Positions 13,980-26,300 of a stretch of DNA of 64,000 nucleotides are shown piece by piece. Position 1 is the stretch's first letter, and each line of letters begins with the position of its first letter. Under the pieces are notes generated by a model. The model saw only the letters and a list, made by a program, of their open reading frames with translations. It was not told the origin of the DNA and ran no database searches. The position numbers and the translations under genes were made by a program. This stretch comes from Botryllus schlosseri (Eukaryota), in NCBI GenBank assembly GCA_051294905.1, contig CM119386.1:13020001-13084000 (forward strand), given 5' to 3'.

Positions 13980-15071
13980 GTTCTAATGACAGTGGATTTT
14001 AGAACTTGTACCAAAATCTTTCACCGCGCAACCTTCGGAAATAGTGATTAAGCATCTTTCTGCGTTTCATCTCCTTTTTTCTGGTGTTACGCACCCGTTC
14101 GTCCGCGCGGCGTAGCCCATAGAGACGCATGTTGCAAATTACGCGTGTCGCCACATGCCACATATATCTGTCGATTCAGCGAGATGCCACACGCGTCGTC
14201 GCAGAAGTCGAAATTGCGGCTGGAACGCTGATCGCAGACGTCAATTTTACAACCTCAAAATGTCTCGCTACGTACATTGTGCAATTAGTCCTGTAAAATG
14301 TACATTCGCGAACACTTAATAGAAAAGGAACGCTCAAGCAACGATTTATCAGTCATTACGATGTACTTTAACATCGCATCATCGAAATTAAGGAGAAAAT
14401 TGTCAGTTCTTACGAGTGTAGGCTCTGTTCAAGAAAACCTCAAGTTATTTTGCGACTGCTCGCAAAATTTGCCTGAAGGGCCCCGTGCGTCTAGATCGGC
14501 ATCGCATTTGTACCGTAACTCTATCGTAAACGTACCAACGGCGAATTGTTGCTAGCTTGTTAACCTGGGAGGATTCGATTTTCCTTACTGCGCAGAGATA
14601 GAACAAGAAACAGGGAACTCTTGAAACTGATTCGTCGCGGATAATTGATATTGTAACTGACAGGCGATGCTCTTGAAGCGAGACAGCGGCACGACCGCGG
14701 CCGCGCATGAAATATCCGGTGACAAATCGCCTAATTCAGTCGCGAAATCAATAAGCTCTCCATTCATTACCGATTGATGGATTGTAATATAATTGATGAG
14801 ACATGTTTCGCAGAATTTCGGTCGAAGCGTCGGTTAGATGTGGACGCATTGAGACGTCTTATAGCCTGTTGCATTGGAGCATGGTGTTTCTATATATTTG
14901 GCAAGAGCTAGTGGTCTGTTTTTTATATATTTATTCTCAATACTATGATTACATTGTTATAGGTTTAGGGATGTTGCAGAGCATTGGGTAGGCGATCTGT
15001 CATTATACTGTGAGTATGTGAATATGTAATTTACATGTATCCAAGGAATCTTGGTAGGAAGAAATGCGTAT

Positions 15072-15531
15072 TGGGGTTGTAACCAAGTCACAAGGTTCCG
15101 AGTCACAAGTCAATCTTACTTTTATAGTTTTGATTCGAGTCAAGTCGAGTCATTTTCAGCTCATCACCGAGTCAAGTGCGAGTCGTAGTCTGGTTGTGGA
15201 AAGGGTCGAGTCCGAGTCACAGTGTTGAAACTTGCGTCCCAACCCAAGTGTTCATTGTTCATTGGTGAGTTTAAGTCACGTTCAACTCACTTTTGAAAAT
15301 CTTGGGTGATATCGAAGGCCTGGCATTCATAATATCCTCGTTTTCTTACTGGTAACACGTTTATTCAAACGGATAACAGACAGTTTCTTGGCCCATTTTC
15401 AAGTATCGGTCCTGTGCAATGACTCGAATATAAATCGAGTCTGTTCACATCGTTATTAAGTCGAGTCGAGTGATTTCCCATTTAAAAATGACTCGAGCCA
15501 AGTCGGTTCAACTCGAGTGATTACAACCCTG
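15072..15531. mobile_element. Degenerate MITE with GAGTC/CAAGTC subterminal arrays
   Basis: Ends GGGGTTGTAA / TTACAACCCTG; shares GAGTCACAAGTC motifs with 23653-23873; no clear TSD. Confidence 0.55.
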
Positions 15532-15577
15532 AATTTTGGAGTTTAGGTATGTGACGCACAAATTCAGTAATCGTACT

Positions 15578-15842
15578 AGTGGCGAGATACCGTACTGGTA
15601 TAATCCGCAGCAACCATTCGGTTGCGGGTTCGAGTCCGGCCGAGGCCGAATTCCTACCCAAGTGTTGGAGGTTTACCTATCTATAGGCTACTTCTCGCCA
15701 TCTCACCGTCGCACCAGTCTTATAAAAAGCCAAGTGGGCCGTGATATACAAGTCGGGGTTGGGGAAAATTGGCCTGGTATAAATGACCAATGACCATGAC
15801 CATAGTCGTCGACACATACCATGAATACCACAAACAAACAAC
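15578..15842 (+). mobile_element. tRNA-derived SINE, family S
   Basis: B box GGTTCGAGTCC at 15627-37; body GAATTCCTACC-AAGTGTTGG-GGTTTA...CTCGCCATCT...TATAAAAGCC; A/C-rich tail. Confidence 0.75.
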
Positions 15843-18800
15843 CAGTAATCGTAGATGTTATGCATCCAATGTTTTTGTTAAAATCACTACGCTACCGATG
15901 ATCGCATCCTCCGTTTTCATACTCTCAGACTTTCTTGTGATGTTGCGATTAAATATAAACGCGCGCGCAGCCATTACACATGCACGTTCACTTGTCAAAG
16001 TATTCTTATTTACAACTTCTTGATAAATATCAATATTTGATACTCTATATAATCAATTTATGTCCCCTCGCGACTGTCGCATGTAATTGCAAAAGGTTAT
16101 TGGTTGTTGAGTAGACATACAGGCATATTGTTAAAAGCACATATAATATAATGCGTGTATCCCTGTGCAGTGTGCAGTGTGCACAGTATAATGTGTTTAT
16201 GTTTACGCGTGTCAATTTCCAATTAAGCCTTCCGATTCGCTGTCGTTGTTAATCACGGTTCCGTGTATGATATATCCCTCAAATGACCCGCGCAGTATCT
16301 TGGATCAATACTTTCAATCCACCCAAATATTTAATTCCGCGGTGCACAAGGTTCTCGTGCCATATGGCGCTAGCGGAATGACTGTTACGTCGGCGTGTCA
16401 CGCATGCGTTACGTTAACGACGCTCTGCGTCACTAATGTTGCAAACTACAAGGCACCGCGGAATGATAGCTGTGGATAATCGCGCAAAAACAATATTTGT
16501 GTCCCGTATCGCTCGTCACGCATATGCAATATATTCAGAAAGCATACTTTGACGCTCAAATTTGTAACTGTATACTTCTGGTTGTCGTGAATTATATAAG
16601 CTACGCAATATGATCATTTAATTCCATATTTTGCGCAATCGATTTGATGTTGTTTGATAGAGTTTTGTATAACCGAGAGAACTTGATAAGCTTGCATTAC
16701 CTAATTTTACGCAATTATGTATTTCGTCAAAATATCACACGTAACCAATGCAAGTAAACTACCGAATCGGGTTTTAACATCCATCCCCATTTCCACTATT
16801 TTATCTCGATTCAGTGTATTGGCTGACGATTCTGTAAAATCAAAATACCCTTTGAGTGATCTCGCAATCATTTATTTGCGAGGTAAATCAATAAGCAATC
16901 ATATGGCAAACAGGCTCTTGAGAACGTTGACGGAACTGATTGCTTGCTGATTTGGTTCATCTGAAGTCGAAAGGTGATCGTACCCTGGACTCAAGCTCTC
17001 ACCAAAATGGTCGTAGGTGGTCAACATGGTTGATACGTTACATTCCATGACACCGTATAGCTGTGATAGTATAGGTGCATTTAGAACATGTGTGTATATT
17101 ATAATCGTATCCACTGTATAATCGTAGGGCACATAATTACTCTATACGGTTTTAAGATACGTCGTTAATATGAGAAGTTTTTGTACAAACGATGGTTAAT
17201 GATTTCCCAAGTATTCCACGCGCATATATGGTATTACAGCACATTTGTAGCGTGTGGGCTTCGGCTATCAGCAGCAACGGTAGAATACAGGGCCCATTGC
17301 AGAGTTGGAGCTATTTTGGCACATAAGTTATCGTCCGTAACAAGGGCTGTGAACATTGCACAGCAGTCCACGGTCTCTTCATGGCACATGCACAGCTGAG
17401 TGACGTTGGGATATCCACATACGCTGTGATAACATAGGATCCAGTAAAAGTAGGCCTACTTGGTTCAACTGGCAGTTTTTCGCTACGCTAACCTACCCGA
17501 AATTGGCCCTGTTTCCTGTATAGCTGCTGTAACTTCATTTAAACGAAGCTATCGCGAATATTTCACGGTGATCACTCTAACTTCCTATGCTGTTCGCGTA
17601 GTTACGTTCTCAACTACTGAATAACTGTGCTGGTGGAGGAATTTGAGTGAAAATTCAGGTTATTGCGAGTCTGATGGATGGATGGACCCATCCATACTAC
17701 TCTAGTTGTATTGTTACTTTGTTGTGAGCGCGAGGTAAAGCGGCAAAATTAATGGTGATGGTTACATTGCATAAAGGCTGGTTGATCATGTTGCTGCAGC
17801 AGCTACGTTACGGCGTTATACGCATATACGCGATTTATCAGTATGATATGATCGAGGTTGGTCATGGTCAATGGTCATTTATGGTCTATAAGACCATAAC
17901 CGTCTGAATATTGCGTAGATGTAATTTGCTGTATTCTTTTACCAAAAATAACGGACACAGACACACATCAAACAAAATCCGCGCCTTCAACTGCAACTGA
18001 TACCCGATATGCGCCGACTTGATCAAATTTCGAATATAAAACCCTTAAACCGCTTTTAGGCATATTACGAACATTCTTCTACAACGCACTTCTATAGAGT
18101 TTTCAGAGTTAAATGTCGATGTAGAAATGGGAACGTCCCACGAACCGCCTATTTTTTGCGTGATGCAACCATTTTGTGCTGAAAACAGTAAAGAGTTAAC
18201 AATGTACTATGAAGATTTGGTAGGGGCGAAATTATTAACAATGCCGTGACGTCACGGATCCATTGTTGCGAGCGAACGTATGTGATATTGAGATCGAAAA
18301 TTTGGAGGGTCTGTCGCCCGGTCTGTGTGTAGCATTGCAATGAGTAACGTGGTATCAACGTTAACGTGGTTATGGCAGTAGCAACGCAACTGTATTAGAA
18401 TATTGGTCGACATTCCAAAATCCCAAGCAAAAATCACGACAAAGGAACGGCAAGGTAACTCTGTAGCGTTCTTTTGTGAAAATGTCGTACCGTACCTGTC
18501 GCTAAAACCCAATCGTACAGTGCCAAATCTCATACACTGCACTACCAATTCCCTGGCCTTGTGCCAAACAGCGTGGATCAATGGTAGAATTTGATACCAA
18601 TACTTATTGCCCAGACTGATCATTTGATCAATGATATTCTCGGAATAGCGACGTTACGAATAGCGAAAACACCATGTAAATCCTTTCTTTCTACAACGAG
18701 GCTGAAAATGCGCATGATTGATAGTACGAATTGATTTGGCAGTGCCCGCGTCATAGAAGTGTTTCGCACCAGTGAAGCACCAGGGTATAATGTAGTAATT

Positions 18801-20252
18801 ACGGAATTAAGTACAATATTGATGTCACTGATTGATCGGGCAGGATGCGTTTATAAATGTTTTAACGCTAGAAGATTATCCGTGTTTGTAAGCACGCGTC
18901 TTTTCGGTGCGACTGCGCATAATAAATCATCACGCACGCGATAAATAACATTAATTATAAATACGAATTATAAATACAATAACGCGTTTTCAATTGATTT
19001 TAGGACCCAGGAATGTATTTGCCTTCATATGAGACGCTTACAAACTATACCAATCTATAGTTAGTTGACGGTCAACTAACTAACCTGTTTTTTGAGAAGT
19101 GCTAGTTTTATCTCTACTGCGAATTTTGGAAAGCGGGTAGTTCTAATTCTAGTTTCGCATTTTATTATAGAATTTGGTTGCCGATATGCCGAACAACATG
19201 AAAACACGTGTGGTCCATTGGCGTGAATCGTGCTACCAGTGTTCTGTTGTGTGATGTTCTTGCAGCCATTGTTCGCTCAGTGTCATCACAAATCACAACT
19301 AACAGCGGCATCTCTCCAGTGGGTGGGTTTTGCGGGTCGAAACCCCTCGCATTTCAAGCTGGTGCCGATGTTCACTGAAAAGCCGATAAGTTGCTTCTGG
19401 ATTGAATCTAGGTAGTTGTGTTTTACTTATAGTTAGTTGCGTGTTTTCGAGGTCGTTCCAATGGCGAGTTTTGAAAAGAGAGTATAGTTCTAGTTCTAGT
19501 TCATAGTTGCGCGTTTTGGCAATATATTAGTTTGTATAAGTCTGCTACATACACGTTTATTCGACCATATTATATCATATGTATGTTGCCGCATTCGTTC
19601 GCTGGTCAACTCGGACTATGGTGCTTGCCGTTTGTCGGTATTCGCTAGGCTGAGATGGTTGCTGGATTTATGGACTTCGTTAAATTGTTTCGATACCGTC
19701 ATTTCTTCCCAGTGTCCTATTCTTGTGACGATATGGAATGCCGAAATTTCGAAAAGATTGAATGATCTTGACGAAGGAAGATAACCTTTTCCGCGCATTC
19801 TGGTATGCACTATGCATGCAGTAACTCGATACCTAGCAAGTTATCGTAAAATCATATCAATAAATGGTTTTATGGTATTACCAGCAATTTGATCTGTCCG
19901 GAGTGAATATGCATAATGCATAAACTTGGTTTAATTCCTATCGAAAATTGAGAGCTTTCGCAATGCCTAGAAAACGAATCCAACGCGTCAATTGATCATC
20001 TTCCTTCTCAGAACTACATAGCATAGGATATTTGTGGAACCACGCTACAATCAAGTCCGATGCTATGTCATCTCCCAATCGTTGGCATTGAGAACGCGAT
20101 ATTGATTTCGATGGGAGAATGAATCACCTTGGAAAGTGTTTTCATGGGCATAAGTAATAAACGATCAGAACATCTGCTGTCGCGCACCGGCCTGGCCTGT
20201 GCTGAAGAATTGAAATACCCCTCGCTGAAGTAGAATTGTAGAAACGCACGTT

Positions 20253-20318
20253 ATGGCGGAACCAACGATCACGACAGGGTGCAATTGCTCCGCGACATCA
20301 AGCCCCGATAGCGTATCC
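20253..20318 (+). CDS. KCNMA1: Slo1 exon 1 (inferred first coding exon): [22 protein letters not shown]
   Basis: ATG at 20253, 22 open codons, strong phase-0 donor TCC|GTGAGT matching the phase-0 acceptor at 20881; N-C-S sequon suits an extracellular N-terminus. No homology support. Confidence 0.7.
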
Positions 20319-23300
20319 GTGAGTATCATTTCTGATAGGCCGTGTGATGATATTGATATGCGTAATTGAAATTTTAAAAGCCGTGCTTCTGAAACTGCAT
20401 CCAAACCCGAAGATTTTCGTAAAACGTATGTGTACGAATTACGTGATGACGTGTCCGGTTAACCCCACAACACTGTGGGATTTCTTTTTCTTTACCGCTT
20501 TTTATTCTCTTGGTTATATGGAAGGTTTCGTTTACTGTCAATTCGATATATTTTATAGGAGATCAAATTAATTTCAAGCAAGCTGCATTGGTAATTCCTC
20601 CAATGAAAGACGGAACATAGTTTTATTCTCTTATTTTTCATCGTGAAGTAAATTCAATGTTCAAAATGTTCTACCCCATAGTTTGCTTCTGGTTATACGC
20701 CCAAAAGTAAAGACAGTGCAGGTTACATCCTGTATAATCTATTACGATATCTCCCCCTTCTTCAGTTTAACAAATTTATGCACCCAGGAATGGGCATTGT
20801 TAATCAATTATTACGTATGGAGATTGTACCCAAGTTTTGTCTGTTATGTTATGTTGCTGTGATGTACCGATTTTATATAGATCTCCACCGCTGACATCCA
20901 CTCCATTAATGCATGTGAAGACACTAGAATGTGGTATGTCTTCTTTTTGTCGTCAATGATCACATTCTTTGGAGGACTGTTTGTCATTCTGCTTTGGAGA
21001 TTGTTCAACTATATGTGCTGTGCGGCGTACGGGTAAGCATTGATCCAAGCCTATTTGTTTACCGTGCTGTAGGCTACAAAAAATGTATAAATATTTAACA
21101 AAGCGATAATCATCACAAATGCTTGATATAACTTGAAGCTAATGATTACCTTTCAAGTGCTAAAACATGAATACTCATGTAGTAATGTACATTTGTTTTG
21201 ATAGTACTAAATGCTATTATGCACAATGGCTGATCAGTGATCATAGTATTTTCAATCTTAAATCCTTTACAAGGATTTCACTCATTTTCAGTTGTACATG
21301 TAATTTAATGTATAGTTGTAACGCATTGGAACTTCACATTTCAGAAAGTAAATTTGCCTTTCACCATCCAACTCAAGTATTTTTATACTGACATGTTATG
21401 TCTTTGACCAACTCCGGACTGGAATTTTGTAATTGAATTGCACACACTTGGAATACACTTGGCTGACAAGGTCAATCATGAGAAATTTGAATATATAAAT
21501 GGTGTATGTTGTAACGTTTATTCAATCAATTCTATTTTGGATAAACCTTGTTTTATCGGGTATGCGGAATCTCATATTGAAGTTATTATACAAAAATCAC
21601 ATTTACCAGAGTCTGCATAAAGTAGGGATGACTGTTATTTTGCTTTATAGCAGTTCTACAAAGGAAACTCATGCAACAAGAGGTTCGAGCGACAGATTAG
21701 CAGTAGAAAGAAACTCGGAGCAATCTTTTGGCGCGTTGGATGTAGAGTGGATGACGATTGTGAAAGATTGGGCCGGTGTGATGATATCGGCCCAAACGTT
21801 GATCGGTCGATTTTTAGTAAGGATGTGTTTGTGGTGGACCAGATGAAGTGATTTAAGTCAATGATCTTTCTGTATTCGACAGGTTGTCCTTGTTTTCTTG
21901 TTAAGCATCGGTGCTCTTGTAATCTATTTTATCGACTCATCCAAGTGAGTGTATATTATATTCTTTTGTAACTTCGCAACTGGGTTTTCCTACAGTACAA
22001 AGAAGCAATCTTATTAACAAATAGCTATGCGACAGGAACACAAAGTTGGAATGTTGTCTCCACTTGAATTACTATGGAAATTTAGTTATAAATCTCTCTC
22101 ATCCAGCGTACATCAAATTGATCATTCATATCTTTAAACAGTAAAATAGATGATCCATGCTGACAATCATCCTTTTTAGGTAGCACTTATTGCAAATCTT
22201 TACTCAACCGCAACTTATTTGACATACTTGAACTGCTCAACAAATAATATCCGAAGAACCTTGGAACGCAGTAAAAGTACCCATCCGGCAGATGATTGAT
22301 TCATAAATTCCCTACAAGGTCCAAAATTAGTGTCTGTTCGATGGGCGTCCAGTTATATTTTAGAAGCAACTACCATATAATTGATGGGTAGAATATGCCA
22401 TTGATATGTTGTTGGCTTACTGCTGCTAATTTGGTCAGATAGGTTTCTCAGAATATATAGTGAGTTATAAATCATGTCGATAAATAGAGTATTGATTAGG
22501 CTAATCGATGATGTAGCCCTGTGGGATAGAGGATGCTTGTTAAGAGAAAAATAATAGCATTTGACAGCCGATATCCATATGCTTCATTGTTACAGTCCCA
22601 TTGAGACGTGCAAGAACTTTCAAACAGACAGAACCTTGCAGTGGGATGCTGGCTTCAATGGATTCTTCCTGCTTTACTTTGGTTTACGGGTAATATATCA
22701 AATCCAATATTTAATATTCGAAGACCAACTTGATGTCTAGATAAGTTAGCTGGTACCACACAACCCTATTGGATTTAAAACTTGTCATAACTGGGGCGAT
22801 TTTGTCCTAATTTTGACCAAATTTTGACCTCACGTAAGCAAATTAGGTGTTTTCCCACATAATGTTAAAATTGTACTACTTGTCTTCATTTTTGGTTGGA
22901 ACTGTCTGTCCTTACGGAGTAGTTTGGCCGGAAAAAAACGTTTTTGGCTTGAAAACTGACAAGTTTTAACCTGAAAAAAACTAGCATTTCAACAAAATCT
23001 GGCCCAATGAAGAATTCCATTAGTTACATCGCGTATTATGGTTGAAATAAATAAAAGTTTTTGTAGTGCAACGAAAGTTACTTTCCTACAGCGTCGGGTA
23101 CAAAGTGTCTGTCCTTACTAAGTAGCTTACCAAGAATGGAGTAAGAATGTTCAACAGCAGCAGTTGTTGGCTGACAACACTGAAGTTCTGGTTCACTGTT
23201 GGTTACACACGGTGTTGCTTCATTCTGACAGCACTGTCTACATCATAATTTTTCATCATGCGCTTCTCGATATAAGAACCATGCAATGCCCAAGCAGCTT

Positions 23301-26300
23301 GCTTCAGTTAGGATATTGTGAAACATTGACCATAACACCATGCCAACCTAGTTGTTGCATTTGACCATTTATGATTCACAATGAGCAGATAATGGGTCGT
23401 ATACAGCGGTAGGCCTATAAAGTAGGCTACACGCTGTAAAATATCGAATGATAAGTTCACAGACAGTGCAAAATCTACGATGCAAATGAAATGCAGAGGT
23501 CAAAAATATTTTTACTCAGTAAACTATTTTGACAAAATTTTAACATGTCAAAAAAAATCGCCCTATTCATAACTCATCATTCATTGTAATATCATCTCAT
23601 ACCACCAAATTGTCACCTTGATGATCATGAAACACAAATGTATTAGGGTACCTAGTGTTGGGGTCAAGTCACTGCCTTTGAGTCACAAGTCATTTCGAGT
23701 CATTGCGCATATTGACTCAAGTCAAATCAAGTCACTAGTCAAGTCAGGATGAATTTGCAACGTACGAGGCATACAAATATACAATAAGTCCACATTTATT
23801 CTTAATCAACGAATGAATATAGAGTTGAATACATAAAGGCGCTGTACAGCTGACTCGAGTCATCCCAACACTGGTATTACCTAAACTAAACTTGTGCACC
23901 TTTTTTACATTAGTGACCGAGGAAACGTCAGCCTATTTCACGCTGAGCTTTTAATTTTCCTTTCAGGACAAAGTCTTTCCATTCATGGAAATCATGATTG
24001 GTCATGTCGTGTGTATGTAGGCGTGGACCCATTTTTTCATGCTATATTAATAATGCCCATCGCAAGAGTTGCCAATTCGAGTAGGGGTTCAGCATATGGG
24101 AATACATATTGTATGTGGGTTGGGAAGTATTGGCCTATCATTTTGTGATGTAACGGAAGCGTAATGGCTAAATATGTATTGTATATAATGAATGCTCTCC
24201 CAGGTATGTTTTAATGTTCACTCAGCCTACATTTTATCATCGACATCCTGAATCATAATCCTTTAATCTCCATGACTATTCTGTGCATGCTGCTGTTAAC
24301 ACTGGTCCAAAACGCCAGCACATCCATCTGCTTCCAAGTAACGCTTAGTGCTATTATTACTTGTCCCTATAATTTGAGCATCACCTTTGTCCTCTCTTGC
24401 CGACACTCCCACCATGTTACATAACATTGAATTTTTGTTTGAAGCACTTGAACAATATTGAATGCGTGAACATTCTGAGGAGATTAGGCTGTCCAACATC
24501 CTCGATTGGCATGTTATATTCTTAATAATACAATAGACGGTGATGATTATTTTCGATGTATTTTAATTGTGGTCGCTTTTTTTTCAGTTTATCGCCGCGA
24601 ATGACAAGTTGCACTTTTGGTTCGAGCTGAATTCGTTGGTCGACTTTTTCACTGTTCCGCCAGTTTTCGTTTCTGTGTATCTCAATCGTACTTGGCTAGG
24701 TGGGGTCGCATTCTGCTTTTCAGAAGTTCCAGATATCTTCGATATTTGAAATTAGACATATACCGGAACTGTCAAACCTTTCATGCTCTTGCCAGGGGTT
24801 GGACTTGTCTTGATACTGCTATTTTGCTTCCATCACCCGGCAGACAGTTTTGATGGATTATTATATAATGAATAAATAATAATAATCGTTCAGACATGTT
24901 ATTAATTGGATAGTATTGAATAGTATATTGAAGTTCTGTACCCCCAAGAAGCTCTTCTAATTGGATAGTGTATTCATATTGAAACGAATCTGAATATTTT
25001 CGGCTGACACTCAAGGGTAATCGTCATCACCTAGTAGAGAATTGGAAATTGCTGACGTCATCACCTAGTAGAGAATTGGAAATTGCTGACGATTACCCCT
25101 GACGGGTGTCAGACGAAAATATTCGGTTCATTTCAATACGAATATGCTATTAAATTGTATATTGAAGTTCTGCACCTCCAAGAAGCTCGTCAAACCTTTT
25201 ATAAACTTCAAATGTTCCCGCTCACCCGTAACAGTTCCTATCATAAAGCTATTAAGAAATTTTCATCCCCCGTATATCTCAAATGAAGATTATGTAGGAA
25301 ATATATCCGCATTTCAAAATATGTAACAACCAGATATTGTTGCATAGCTGTGTTTTTCAGGGCTGAGGTTTCTTCGTGCACTTCGTCTTTTACAATTCTC
25401 CGAGATTCTGCAATTTGTTAATATTTTAAAAACTAGCAACAGCATCAAACTTGTGAACGTACTTTCCATATTTTTGAGCACGTGGCTCACGGGCGCCGGT
25501 TTTATACATTTGGTGAGGGCTGCATATGTAATTGCGCTAATTCGTGTATAAACTCGTGATCTCTTGCAGGTTGAAAATACGGGTGATTTTTGGCTAGGAT
25601 TTAGCAATGCCAACAATATTACGTATTGGGAATGCGTTTATCTTTGTATGGTAAGTTTTTTGTTTATCTTCAATAATTCTGTAGAAATTGACACCTTAAT
25701 TTGCTAAAGATGCGGACATAAACATTGAACGGGTTGTTGATATCTCCAAATACAGTTGATCAAGTAGCTCGGAGGGAATGTATATGATGCATTTTCAAGT
25801 CATAAGTCACTACCACTGCCATGCGAGATTCTAATCCCATAAATCAATAAACTGGACTGATCATCCATAAAATGCTAGCCTGAAATATCTTCTTTGCGGT
25901 TCTTAATGTATTCCGAAGCACAGATATTACTTATTTATGGCATCCACCAGCAGACGTGTACAAAGTCGTGGACGATAGGCTGTGGGGAATCTTGGTATTG
26001 TATGATTTAAAATAAGGCTTGTTATACAGGTAACAATGTCAACTGTGGGATATGGGGATTTGGTGGCGAAGACTACACTTGGTCGTCTCTTGATGGTACT
26101 TTTCATTTTGGTCGGACTTGCTATGTTTGCCGGATCGGTTCCAGAAATTATGGAACTCATTTCGAACAGACGAAAGTACGGCGGCGCCTATACGTCGGTT
26201 AGCGGCAGGAAGTAAGATATATGGTTTTCTGTTATATCTGAAATTGCTGGAGATCCTGCGACTTTCTCTCCTCTTTATAAAGGCGGTGTTGCATAAACTC

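Noticed and set aside
14776-15010. Small spliced membrane protein (MDCNIIDE...LIACCIGAWCFYIF-GLGMLQSIG)
   Set aside because: Needs a GC donor and has no homology or further exons.
15578-15645. tRNA genes at the GGTTCGAGTCC boxes (also 50503)
   Set aside because: No cloverleaf, and the boxes are attached to a repeated SINE body.
16899-17062. Minus-strand terminal exon with TYDHF/GYDHL tyrosine motifs
   Set aside because: No upstream partner exons found; the motif repeat could be chance.
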